From Lama guanicoe (taxonomy: Eukaryota): a DNA stretch of 64,000 nucleotides. The notes beneath the pieces are model-generated. The model was given only the letters and a program-made list of their open reading frames with translations. It was not told the origin of the DNA and searched no databases. The translations under genes were made by a program, and so were the position numbers. Of this stretch, positions 39,656-51,879 are shown one piece after another; within the stretch, counting starts at the first letter, position 1, and the number at the start of each line of letters is the position of its first letter. The DNA lies in assembly GCA_013239625.1 (NCBI GenBank), contig MU054323.1, positions 20,171,082 through 20,235,081 of the forward strand, read 5' to 3'.

Positions 39656-39800
39656 GGGGGGAAGGGTATAGCTCAGTGGTAGAGTACATGCTTAGCATGC
39701 ATGAGGTCATGGGTTCGATCCCCAGTACCTCTGTTAAATTAAAAAAAGAAAAAAAACTAAACCTAATTACCTCCTCCCCAAACAAAAGTATTTAAAAAAA
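39656..39800 (+). mobile_element. vic-1 type SINE inserted in an L1 A-rich tail
   Basis: Near-consensus gggggaagggtatagctcagtggtagag...ggttcgatccccagtacc. aaaataaataaaagc is duplicated on both flanks. Confidence 0.9.
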
Positions 39801-40856
39801 ATAAATAAAAGCAATCTTGATTTTCTTAATCTGTTAGAAATAGAATTTCAGGTTAAAAAAGTGATGCCAGTTTAAGATGGGCATGGTTCTCATGACTGAT
39901 GAAGTCTTTGAAAATGAGGAATTTCATCAGGGCTGTTTATGGCCTTTCACATATTTTAGTTGTTTTTGACATATTATTTACTTTTATATTGTGATTCGGA
40001 AAATGTAAAGCTTTAGAATGTTAAATTTTGTGTCCCTGTCATTTTTTAACCTGTTAGGCAAAAGGTAAAGAGTTTACTGTACTTAACAGCTCTCTACCTT
40101 ACTTAAATTTTCTTTCCAACTTTTCAGTTGTGTCGCTTACACTGTGGGCTGAAGTTGGGACATAGAGAAAAATGGGACAAGTGAGAATAGTTCTTTAACT
40201 TATTAATGCTCATTCTGTTTGCCTCTGCTTTTCCACTCTAACACCCACACACTTGAAGCTTTGTGGAAGGAGGAAAAGAAAGATGGGGAGGATTTATTTA
40301 TTATTTCTCAGAATTGTAAAGCCACGGTTAGCTGTTGGAGAGAACTGGGGAGAAGCTGACCCTGCCTACCTTAAGTCCTGTTCATATAGTTTACCAATTT
40401 ATTGATAATTCTGACGTTTTTGTGTTACTGATGTAAGTAGAATCAGAAAGTAGTGTTGGCACTATCATTATAATTTTAAATAGACATTTCAGGATATGGT
40501 AATATTATTAAGCAATAAGGTTATGATTTGTTTCAGGTAAAAGGTGAGGTGACTTCTGTACCCAGTTCTTATCACATCCTGGTTTGAGTCATTATGTTCT
40601 TAGAAAATGTTTTGGTGTCAAAGGGCATATTAGGACTTTATTTTTTCAAGATTCATGCAATATACAATTCAGAATTATTTAAAAAATTTAGAATGGTAAT
40701 AGCGTTTTGGACTAAAATAGGATTTTATAATAGAGTTAGCACCTTTTAAAAAAAGATTTATAACTAGTGTATATAAAATAAATAACAAGCTCATACTATA
40801 TAGCACAGGGAACTATGTTCAATACCTTGTAAGTTTTATGAAAAAGAATATACATC

Positions 40857-40857
<1 letters not shown>

Positions 40858-40893
<36 letters not shown>
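40858..40893. repeat. Compound (TA)n(GA)n microsatellite at the end of an L1 tail
   Basis: Direct reading. Confidence 0.9.
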
Positions 40894-40979
40894 TTAGAAC
40901 CAATAATCACAATTGATTGTTACTTCAAAGTACTGAAATTGGATTTTTTTTTTGTTCAGTTGTTTTGTTGGCTGAAAAG

Positions 40980-41480
40980 TTGGTTTTAAAATATGGTCCC
41001 CAAATTCTTTGACATTCCTTCCATGGTGGAGTCCGTGTCTTCTCCCCTTGAATCTGGATGGGGTTGTGACAATACAGTATGGTGGAAGTAATGCTGTGTG
41101 GCTCCCAAGGCTCTATCATAAAAGGCCATACAGCTTCTACCTGGTTTTCTTGGAATATTTACTCTCAGGATATTTCTACTTGGAACTCAGCCACCATACT
41201 GTGGGAAGACCAAGCTACGTGGAGAGGCCATTTGTTGGTACTATGGTTGACAGTCCTAGCTGAGTCCAGATGCTAGACATGTGCCTCAAGGAGCCACCAG
41301 CTTATCCAGCCTGTGCCGTTTGAGTTCCCGCTGAGGCCTCAGTTATTGTGAACCAAAGACAGGATTTCTGTGCTAGTCTGAATTGCTCACCCACTGAACC
41401 TGTGAGCAAAATAAAGCAGTTGTTTTGTGCTACTGTGTTTCGGGGTGATTTCTAACTCGGCAATTGATGATATAACTAGA
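40980..41480 (+). mobile_element. MLT1-type MaLR LTR
   Basis: aaaatatggtccccaaattctttgacattcct...ccccttgaatctgg...ggaactcagccaccat...ggggtgatt...gcaattgat. Confidence 0.75.
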
Positions 41481-43671
41481 ACAGGATCCTAGTAGATTTT
41501 TCTGTTACGGGGTGTTTTTTTCTTTCTGTGACAATTTAAAATCAATATCTAAGCTTATAACTACCTACTAAAAGTATTTAATCAGCTATTAGTTTTCTTT
41601 AAGTAAACTTCATTTTCTTTTGACAAATTGACTTGAATGAAGAGATCTTGCCCTAATGCCTTACACTGAATATTTTCCTTATAAATGATTTTCGGCCACA
41701 TTGAGCACAAATCAGGAAAAGTGACCTCTTAATTATTCTGAAATGAAATTCATTGATAGTATAACTTATACATATAATGTAAAAAAACAATATTCTATTA
41801 ATAGAATATTCTATAATAACGTAATATATAATAGGATCATATGTACTGTGTATTTCAGTATATGTATGTTCTGGGGCATGACAAAAGCAGAAGGTATAAT
41901 GAAATTATAGAATGTTTGCCTATGTGCATAGAATCACTGGCAGTGCGAACTCATATTTCCTGAGGTTTTTCCAAATGGTACTATAGGTAAATTCTGAACA
42001 AAACAACATGCAGTCTTTTTTCTTTTTGTATGATGGCCATATTGCTGGAAAAATCAGTTACATTAAAACCATACCCTATATATTTTGTGTTCTCATATCT
42101 GAAATGGAATTAGCTCTAGTCAGATAACAGAATCATGTTTTTCACTTATATAAATGTCCAGAGGGACATTTAACAGTCATATGAGTCAGTTCTTTGGTAT
42201 TGGACTGTTTTCTGGTATATACCTATACATCTACGGGGTATCTAACATCCTTGTCTTCCGTCTATGAAGTGTTAATACTGCTCCCATTGTGGTAGTACTG
42301 CCTCCCCCCAACCTCACCCTTTTCAAAGGGCTCCTGCGGGTGTGGACTAGTACCCATTCAAGAGTAATGACACTAAACTCAATATCATAAAAGAAAAGCT
42401 ATGTCTCTGTTGTTGCCTAATATATTTGCTAGTATTCATCATAATACTGGGAACATGAAAGTTACTCAGTAGGTACAAATTTTTATAAACTCAGTATTTT
42501 CCAAAATTCCCCAAAATTAGAGATTAAAGTTACAAGTAATAAAAAAGTTAAAATTGTTTATATTCAGCTGGAATTGATACTGCCTTGACCTGGGATACAG
42601 AAGAGAATTTGGCAGTATCTAGCAAATTAAAATTCAGTATTTTTATAACTGGATGCTAATCATAGGTGCCCAAGGAAACATGCCTTTGAAATATCGAAAA
42701 AATAAAAAAATAAAAAAAGGAGAGAAACCTAAGTATTCAGCAATAGGGTATTGAGCCAAACTTTGTTTATGTTCTGGAATGCCTTGTAGCCATTTAAATG
42801 AATGAAATAGACTTGTATCATAGGCAGGCGGCACAGTGTATAATAGAATTAAATAACTAGATAAATATGTAAGATATAACCCCAGCTTTGAAGCAAATAT
42901 ATTTAAAGTAGAATTTTATAGACATTTATGTGTGAATTTCTATGTGTGTGCATGTGGCATGCATATACATATTGATCCTATAAAACAGTTATAAAGAATG
43001 ATCAGAATAAGGAAATGTTTTGAGAAGTTAAAATGCTTATTGAAATAAAACAGTGAGTAGAAAGAAAGGCTTAATAATAATGCCACTGTATTTAAGTAAT
43101 AAACATAAATGAGAGATATTTCTTCCTAACTCCAGCTGAGATTAAGAGGTCTTGAAGAAAGAACTAAGCACAGAATGGAATCCAACTCTTAAAGGACATC
43201 AAAAATGCAGTTTTCATACCATTTCTTAAATACAACCTAGCTGTTCAAATTAGCATTCAATCATTTTGGCCTTTTTAAATAAAAAATTTGTCTTTTTAAA
43301 CCTTCAAAAAAATGAGAGAAAGGGAAAAATTATTAAAAAGAACATTTCTTCAGGGATAAAGGACAAGAATCTTTAGATTGAATGGAAGAAAGACACATAC
43401 TTCATTTCAGAACACTAAAGAAAAACTGAGGACCCTAGGCTTTTTAGAGAGAAAGTTATCCATGAAGGAATGAGCATCTTAGATACATACTAGAAGAGCA
43501 AATTATTTAAAGTTGAAAATTCAGTAAGTATGAATGACCACGTAAAGGTATTTTTCAACACACAAGAAATATGACATAAATTAACGCTTTAGGAATAAAG
43601 TTCCAGATAATTAGCACATTAGAATTGGGAAAGGGGAGTAAAAGTTTTCTAAAAGTCTGGTATTTTTTTCA

Positions 43672-43812
43672 GGGGGAAGGCATAGTTCAGTGGTAGAGTG
43701 CAATGCTTAGCATGGATGAGGTCCTGGGTTCAATCCTTGGTACCTCCATTTAAAAATAATGATAAATAAATAAACCAAATTACCTCCTTCCCCCCACCAA
43801 AAAGGAAAAAAG
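43672..43812 (+). mobile_element. vic-1 type SINE
   Basis: A/B boxes, bipartite tail, aagtctggtatttt/aagtctgatatttt flanking repeat. Confidence 0.88.
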
Positions 43813-44804
43813 AAGTCTGATATTTTGGGGAAAAGGAAGGTTATAGTTACTGTTCAATTTATTACATTGATAGGAAGTTCATGTTAGTTATATCTCTTAA
43901 TTTAAGGATAACCAGTTGAAAAATACAGATACGTCATTTGATTTTACTTCATCCACATTGCTTGATTAATAGATGAGTTTAAAATGATCCCAAATAGACC
44001 CTGACTCAATAGAAAAGAGAAAAATAACAGTAAGGTGACCAGAATAAGTCCAGATATATCAATGACAAAAAATCTGAATGAAGTAAAATTTTCTATTAAG
44101 AGACAGACTATTAATTTGTAACATTCATCAATAAATGAGGCCTGAAGAAAACCTTAACAAATAATTGAAAGTAGGAATTACACAAGTAATATTCTGTCTA
44201 CAAGTCAATGACATAAGCAACAATAAAAGGAAAACTGGTCAAGGTACTATCCAACTTGGAAGTTTAAAAAACATGTTTATAAGTAGCTTTTGTGCTCCAG
44301 GAGAAATAAAACCTGCAATTGTGAATGATTCCAAAAAGAGTGACAGTGAAAGTACTAATCTTAAAAACCTGTAGGAAGAGGCCAGAGTGATACTCATAAG
44401 AAAATCTAAAGCCTTCAAAGCAACCCTTGGGGAAAAAAAATGACTAAAAATAATTATTAAAGCCAGGCATTCAAGATAGAAGAGAAAAAAAAATTCAAAA
44501 GAAGGAAGGAATTAAATATAAAAGCAAAAATGAATGAAATAATGAGAACTGTAGAAGTTACAAAATCAGAAGCGGGTTTTTTAAAGTATTATTTAATGCT
44601 ATACATGAGTTTTCCCCCAAGTTAATCTGTAAGTTTAATGAAATCCCAGTAGGACTTCATATGGAACTTGGCAAGATGATTCTGTCATACACTGGGAGAA
44701 GAATAAAAGCAGAAAAAAAAAGTCAGATTCATTTGTCTTCTCTTCTAGTAAATGCTTTTTTCCTCCCCACTGGACAACAATTTTATTACTATTATTGTTT
44801 TTCT

Positions 44805-45050
44805 TTTTTTTTTTTTTTAAATTGAAGTATAGTTAATTTACTATGTGTATTAGTTTCAGGTACAGTAGAGTGATTCAGTTACATATATACATACACACAC
44901 CAGTATTCTTTTTCAGATTCTTTTCTATATAGGTTATTATAAGATGTTGAGTATAGTTTCCTGTGCTATACAATAGGTCCTTGTTGGTTATCTGTTTTAT
45001 ATTTGTTAGTGTGTACATGTTAATCCCAAACTCCTAATTTATCTCTACTG
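44805..45050 (-). mobile_element. Younger L1 3' end
   Basis: Poly-T, aattgaagtatagttaatttac...gtgattcagttacata...tatagtttcctgtgctataca. Confidence 0.8.
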
Positions 45051-47943
45051 CCTCTAGTGAGTGCTTTTAAAGTTACATACTTTTCTTTGAGAACCTGTGG
45101 TCATCTCACGTAGGTTTTGCTGTGTAATGCTTTGCCGTTCACTTCTGAGTAGTCCAGGTTTTTCAGACAACAGAGGAGTACATTTAATATCACTTAACTT
45201 CAACAATTAATCCACATAGTCTTACTTCATTGACATTCTGCTTCCTCTGCCTCAGACCCCAACTCAAATTTCAGTCCATACGTTCTCTGTAAATACATCT
45301 TTTTTAAACTTGATATTTATTTACATGAATAGGCTTAGTTTGTCTGATCTGTTGATTATTAATCAGTTGATTACTTCTGCTAAGTTTATCAGTCCATTTC
45401 TCCTTACGTTTCTAACAGTGTTTGATCTTGAAGCTTTCAGGTGCATAAAGGTTGTTCTTTAGTTGGATTCTTTTTAAAAATAGTAGGAAATATCTTTCTC
45501 TAATGATTTTCACTTTGAATTCTGGTTTTTCTGATATGCTATTCCCATTTTTGTTAGCATTTGTCTACTTTGTACTTTTTTATCTTTTTATTTTTAATCT
45601 TTTAGGTGTTTTAGTGTTATGTCTCTTCAGACTGCATATAGCTGGGGTTTTGCTTACATTTTTTTTCTTTTGAAATCTATTCGGGGAGTCTTTAACTTCA
45701 GTAGAATAATTAAGTCTTTCATATTTAATTATGTTTTAATTCCCTTATGTTTGTGTGCATGTTTTTTCTCCTTCCTTTGGTTGACTTTGTGAAATTTTCT
45801 ATTTGTCAGGAAGGTATTCATCCTATTTGTGGTCTTTTACATTTTTATTTTAGTTAATTGTTAAAAGTTTTTGTTTTCTGAAAGGTAATATTTGAATATG
45901 AGTCAGTCAAAAGGTACAAAAAATATATTCAGTGCAAAAACTCCCCATATCAGGTCTTGATTGTAACTAGTTTCTGGTGTCTTTTCCAGAGAAAGTCAGT
46001 GTACGTGGAAGGAAATCATTCATGTGTGTATACATGTATTTTCCCCAACCTTTTTTTCCCAGAAATAATAATATAGTGGTTTTCATATTTTTTACTCTAG
46101 ATTTTTCCTTAATTTAAAAAATTTTACTCTCATACATTTGAAAATTGACATCAAAAGTTGTAATAAAAAATTTTAAATATATACAAATTTAAAAAAAAAT
46201 AGTTGCAAAGGTATAATATCTAGTTTTTGTTGCCAGTACTGACATTTAAAAATAATTGCTATAAACATTTTAAAATATTCTAGTGTAAAAGAAATACTGT
46301 GACAATTTGCCCACTATCACAGGTTAAAACAAAAAAAAAGCCTGAACAGGCTCTTCTATAACAGTTTGAAATTTTACGTGAGCTTTTTTTCTCCTTGAGC
46401 TCATTTCCATTTTTCTTTCTAAACAGAATTTTAGCCTAATGTATTTTATGCTTGAAAATTTTACCATTCTCTGCAACAAAAATTGTATGTAAATTAAAAT
46501 TTAAGAACATTTTGTATTTCTTGTTCATAAGGTTCAGGGTCTTAATTTCTTTAGAATTTATTATAATTAGAGTATAAATATTATAAAAATTTTGATAATT
46601 GCTAAACATAAAAATACGTTTTTATTGGCAGTCATCTCTTAATGAGATGGGTGGGGCTTTAGTTAACAAATCGTTGAATTAATGTAACTCATTGCTAGGA
46701 TGAGACAAGGTGTAGGTACTGATTTGTTCCTGATTTTTGTACTTATAGATGTAGGTTCTGACAGAAATTTTTCATCTAAGTAGATGAGAATGGTGAAGCC
46801 TTGCTCATTTATTCATTTGTCAAATATGTTTTGAGCTTCTGCTATGTTGTGGACACTCTTCTTAAGCTCTAAGGGTAAGCACTGAACAGAGCAGCAACAG
46901 ACCCAGTCCTCAGAGTGTCTCTTTCTTTATTATTCTGAGTAGTATGTAAAAAATTATATAGCAGTTTTTCATCAGAGGTGATTTTTAATGATTTTGCAGC
47001 TGACAGTTCAATTATGTCCTCTTTCAGTCTTGCTGAAAGCAGAGAATTTTGAAACCACCAGATTTAGAAGAGGGTTGTTAAACCAGTTATGAGTCATTTT
47101 CTGAGAAGAACAGTTTAAAAAGTTTTGCCAAGACCTAACAGTTGCCTTTACGTATGCTTCATGCTTTTTCCCCTATATAAATTGTATCACTTAGGGTTCT
47201 ACCAGATAAACAACTGGTTGAAAATTATGTATATGTATGTATGTAGAACCATGCACACACACTGTCCATCAACAGATGATTAGATAAAGAAGATGTGGTA
47301 TATGTATACAATGGAATACTACTCAGCCATAAAAAAGAATAAAATAATGCCATTTGTAGCAACATGGATGGACATGGAGATTCTAAGTGAAGTAAGCCAG
47401 AGAGAGAAAAATGCCACACAATACTGCTTATGTGTAGAATCTAAAAAAGGACACAAATGAACTACTTATTGTTTATAACTTAGATGATTGATTTTTTAAA
47501 TATGTGTAAGCACATTTGACTATCCTTTATGATTGTATTGCTGCATTCTGTTGATTCTTATTTTGTGGTTGGCTTTATTCTTTTGTTAACTGTGTAAGTT
47601 TAAAAAGATAAAGTTCTTAGAAACAAAGAAAGTACATATTTGTGTATTTTAAAACAGTTTTCTCTCTCAGTGAGTTGCTCTTCCCAAAATAAACTTTGTT
47701 TACCTCCCCAACCCCCCAAAAATCATGCATACATGTAATCTCCTATATGCATACATAATCTCCAGCTGGTTTGTATAAATAGAGTTTTATGGTGAGTAAT
47801 TGGCTTAAATAATTGTGGGGCTGGCCAGGTGGAATTTCTTCTTCCTTAGGGAAATCTCAGTTTTGCTCCTGAGGCCTTTCAGTTGATTGGATGAGACCCA
47901 CCCAGATCATTGAGGATAGTCTCCTTTACTTAAATCAGCTGAT

Positions 47944-48005
47944 TTTTTTTAAACTTTCTAAGAATATACGCCTAATTTATTGCGTGCAGACAGACAGACA
48001 GACAG

Positions 48006-48055
<50 letters not shown>

Positions 48056-48242
48056 CGGTTTGATAATCATTCTTTTGAGGTGTTCCAAGCACCTGTTTAT
48101 TCTTAGCATGTTCGGCAAAATAAAGAGATGCACTCAGCTCATTAATAGCATTGCAGAAATCATACTGCCAAAGAGAAGGCTGAAGAAAAAGATGACTTTG
48201 TAAATGGCCTTATGTCTTGATTAAATGGCCTTTTGTCTTGGA
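47944..48242 (-). pseudogene. Unidentified short retroposed insert (polyA + AATAAA + TSD) inside an MLT2 LTR
   Basis: tcagctgat is duplicated at 47935-47943 and 48247-48255. There is a T8 tract at 47943-47950 and tttatt (minus-strand AATAAA) at 47976-47981. MLT2 similarity resumes on both sides. Confidence 0.65.
47987..48052. repeat. Compound (CAGA)n(CA)n microsatellite
   Basis: Direct reading. It lies inside the retroposed insert. Confidence 0.95.
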
Positions 48243-48869
48243 AAAGTCAGCTGATGTTAATCACATCTACAGAGTTCTTTCACAGCAACACCTGGATTAT
48301 AATTTGATTAACTAGGAACTATAGCCTAGCCAATTTGATACACAAAACTAACCATCATAGGGACCTTTAAATCAATATACTCAGAAGGGTTTGGGAAAGG
48401 TGACATAATGTTCATTTAAATATACCTTTGCATTTTAATTTATCTCTGATAAAATGTTTGGATCTTGTACTATGTATGTACTTATATATTCAAATATATA
48501 CAACCTGTAAATTGATGTACAAACTATAATACAAATTGTATTGAAATATATTTTCATCAGATTATTGGAGCTGTGGATTTTATTTATTCAATGGAAAATG
48601 AGTACCAATATAACCTTAATGGCAAGGCCAGTACTTCTTGACAAACCTGGCAGCCAAATTACCCTTTCTGTCAAGAAGTCTATTTTTTTGAAATTTAATA
48701 AATGAGTATTGGGCATCCCCTAGGCAACCATCTCCTGAATTCTAAGATAGATTCCTGGATAATGCTCAGAGCCTTGCTGTGATGGACTTAGGCCTTCAGT
48801 AGTTTTTACAGATTCTCTTTGTTTTTTTTGTTTGTTTGTTTTCTTGGGATTGTTTTCTGAGGTGTGATG

Positions 48870-49100
48870 TGTTTTTTTTTAATTGAAGTATAGTTGATTT
48901 ACAGTATTGTGTTTCAGGTGTATAGCAAGGTTGATTCAGTTATACATATCATATGTATTCTTTTTCAGATTCTCTTCCATTATGGGTTATTACAAGGTAT
49001 TGAATATAGTTCCCTGTACAGTAGGTCCTTGTTGTTTATCTGCTTTATATATAGTACTATGTATAAGTTAACCCCAAATTCCTAATTTATCCCTCCCCTA
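48870..49100 (-). mobile_element. Younger L1 3' end
   Basis: tttaattgaagtatagttgatttacag...attgaatatagttccctgt...cctaatttatccctcccc. Confidence 0.8.
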
Positions 49101-49219
49101 CTAGGAGTGGTGTATTTTTTAATCACCATTCAGGGGTTGGAAAAAGTGAAGTCTTTAAGTGAAAATTGTTCATATGTCTATTTATTTATTGACCTATGAT
49201 CTCAAATATTTCTAAATTA

Positions 49220-49850
49220 ATAACATGCTAACACTGGCCAAAATACCCCAATTCTGATACCAGCACTAGATAGCTAAGGTGCATGTCAAAGGAATGATTT
49301 CAGTAAGTCCAGAATCTTGCATCTTCCCATGCATAAAAAAGTGCTAAATTCATTAACTTGAGATATCTGTTTTTCTTTAACTAATAGTAATCTTTTGATG
49401 TTCCAAGAACCTGGTCTTTTTAAAAAAAATTTTTCTTTTTTCAATTAAAATATGGTTTACTGTGTTGGGTCAATTTCTGTTGCACAGCACAATGCTTCTG
49501 ACATACATATACATGCATATATTTGTTTTCATTATCTTTTTCACCATAAGTTACTACAAGATAACTGAATATAGTTCCCTGTGCTATACAGTAGAAACTT
49601 GTTTATTTTATATATAGTAGTATCTGCAAATCTCGAACTCCCAGTTTATTGCCTCCCACCAGCTTTCTCCCCTGGCAACCACCAGTTTGCTTTTCTATGT
49701 GCTAATTGGTTTTTGTTGCAAAAAATCCCTATATTCTGGCTTCTCCCTTACCTTAGAGCTATCTGAGAGGCTGTCTCCTGGACTTGAAGTCCTCAGAAAA
49801 TCAACCAAATAAAACATAATTCTCAACTTCTGAGTTGCGCATTTTTCTCT
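49220..49850 (+). mobile_element. ERV LTR with a nested antisense L1 3' end (~49430-49705)
   Basis: LTR-like U3/R/U5 layout ending aaataaaacataattctcaactt. The internal block has L1 tail motifs (gaatatagttccctgtgctatacagtag). Confidence 0.5.
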
Positions 49851-51605
49851 GTAAGATCGACAGTATGGCTTTTTTATATTGAGTAACTTTTGCTAAATTA
49901 ATTTTAATGGAAAAGTCTTTAATAAATGCTGGAGGGGGTTTTGTACCCAAGTTATCTTTATTTTTGAATTACATTTATGTTTTGCTTTGCCCTCATCTAA
50001 ATTTTTTTCACAAGGTGTTGATGGGTGATGAGCTTTCTAAATCTTTGCATGCCTTCAAACGTCTTTATCTTACCATCACACTTAGTGTTAGTTTGGCTCT
50101 TTATAGAATTCTAGGTTCAAAATAATATCCTCTCAGAACATGGAAGTAATTGCTCCATTGTCTTCTAGAATCTAGTGTTATTGATAAGAAGTCTGATGTC
50201 AGTATTGTTCTTTCTCTTTTGTAGGTAACATGTTTTTTCCTCTGGAAGCTTTTTCTTTTAGAATTGGCATTCTGAAATCTTGCCAGAGTATGTCTACATG
50301 TTGGACTTATTTCAGCCAACCAATTTATGTATGTTCAAATGAGGGAAGACATGTAATTTGTTTTAGTTCAGGGATATTTTCTTCTAAGATTTCTATTTCT
50401 TGTCTCTTCTCTATAGAATTCCTAGTAACAAAGGTTTGTGACTTCTGTTAATTGATCTCATTCTTTTCTTTTATTAGGCCTTTTGTGTGGTTTACTGGAA
50501 AAATTCTTTGATGTAATACTCCAGTTCACTTATCTGATCAACAACTGTATCTTCTCTGAGTCATTCAGCCCAGTTGTTGAAATTGTAATACTTCCAAAAA
50601 GAATACTAAAGAGAGAAGAGAAAATAAAACAACAGAAATTACTGTTGTGTGTAAAGAACTTTTTCTTGTTTCCAGTTTTTGTGCTTTGACCACAAATTTT
50701 ATTAGGAGGGATAAGGATTTCTAGATGTCTGTTGTATTTTCTTGTGAAGTTTGACATTATGAGGACATAGCCCGTAGTTCTGTTGCTTCGTAGTCTGCCA
50801 AGTATGTAGATGTGTAGACCTCAGCCTGACACTCTTCTTTTTTGAATCCAAGTCCAGATGTGGCTAATCTGAGACCTTGAACCCTAACTCTGCCCCTGGA
50901 GAACCTTCTCAGTCTTTTCCAGGCAGCTACTACCAGCTGATTGGAGTTGGCACAAAGATCTATTTTCTGTCGCTGCATTAAAAGTAATACTCATTCGTAA
51001 GAACATTTTTCTCTTGCTACTTTGTAATGTTTTTATTTTTGTGAATGACATTTTATAATTATCAGTTATGGCAAGTTTGTGTCTCATTAATCAAATTATC
51101 ATCAACTGTAAATATTATAGAGGTTTTTTATTTGACAAGTTAATTATGTTTTATGATACACTTTTTTTATTGATCTGTTACTTTGAATGTTAATGGTTAC
51201 TATTATCTTTTTAAACAAAGCAAGTACTATATAATTATTTTAAAATTGATGTCACGTTGCTTATTGATTATTAAATGAGGCATTCCAATAATTAGCTATT
51301 CTTAAGCTTCTTTAAAGACCTTGTGTTAGCTTGACTTAAATTGTGGGTTGGAAGGATATAGACTCATGTTTTGTATTTTCATATGACGAGTTTAATGAAT
51401 ATCCTTATTGTTGGCTGAGTGGCTAATCTAAAATTTTCCACAGGTTATCTTTAAAAAAACTTTCCATTGAAGTATAATATACATTTTGAATTCTACAGCT
51501 TCCTGCTGCTACCTCTTTCTACTAGTGCTTTTTCCTTTATATATTGCCTTTATTTAGAATAGCTCAAAATGTGTTTTCATGTAGCATTTCAAGCTGTAGA
51601 ATTTT

Positions 51606-51879
51606 AGACGTGAAAGTACCTTAGACATAACCTGTTTAGACCCTCTGTATATTATAGCTGAGTTCTTGACCCAAGACGTGGAAGTACCTTAGACATAACC
51701 TGTTTAGACCCTCTGTATATTATAGCTGAGTTCTTGACCCAAGACGTGGAAGTACCTTAGACATAACCTGTTTAGACCCTCTGTATATTATAGCTGAGTT
51801 CTTGACCCAAGACGTGGAAGTACCTTAGACATAACCTGTTTAGACCCTCTGTATATTATAGCTGAGTTCTTGACCCAAG
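51606..51879. repeat. Minisatellite, 4 x 68 bp, near-perfect
   Basis: The unit agacgtggaagtaccttagacataacctgtttagaccctctgtatattatagctgagttcttgaccca starts at 51606, 51674, 51742 and 51810. Only the first copy differs (gaaag vs ggaag). Confidence 0.97.

Larger units (their letters stand above)
47183..48360 (-). mobile_element. MLT2 (ERVL) LTR interrupted by an L1 3' fragment (~47258-47780) and a retroposed insert (47944-48242)
   Basis: ttagggttctaccaga start. aggcctttcagttgattggatgagacccaccc...tgttaatcacatcta...tatagcctagcc..ttgatacacaaaactaaccatca end. Confidence 0.75.

Noticed and set aside
39656..39730. tRNA-like sequence with A and B boxes (also in the other SINE copies)
   Set aside because: These are SINE heads with A-rich tails and TSDs, not tRNA genes.
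51606..51879. Regular repeat array considered as CRISPR-like
   Set aside because: The units are contiguous with no unique spacers and the DNA is mammalian, so it is a minisatellite.
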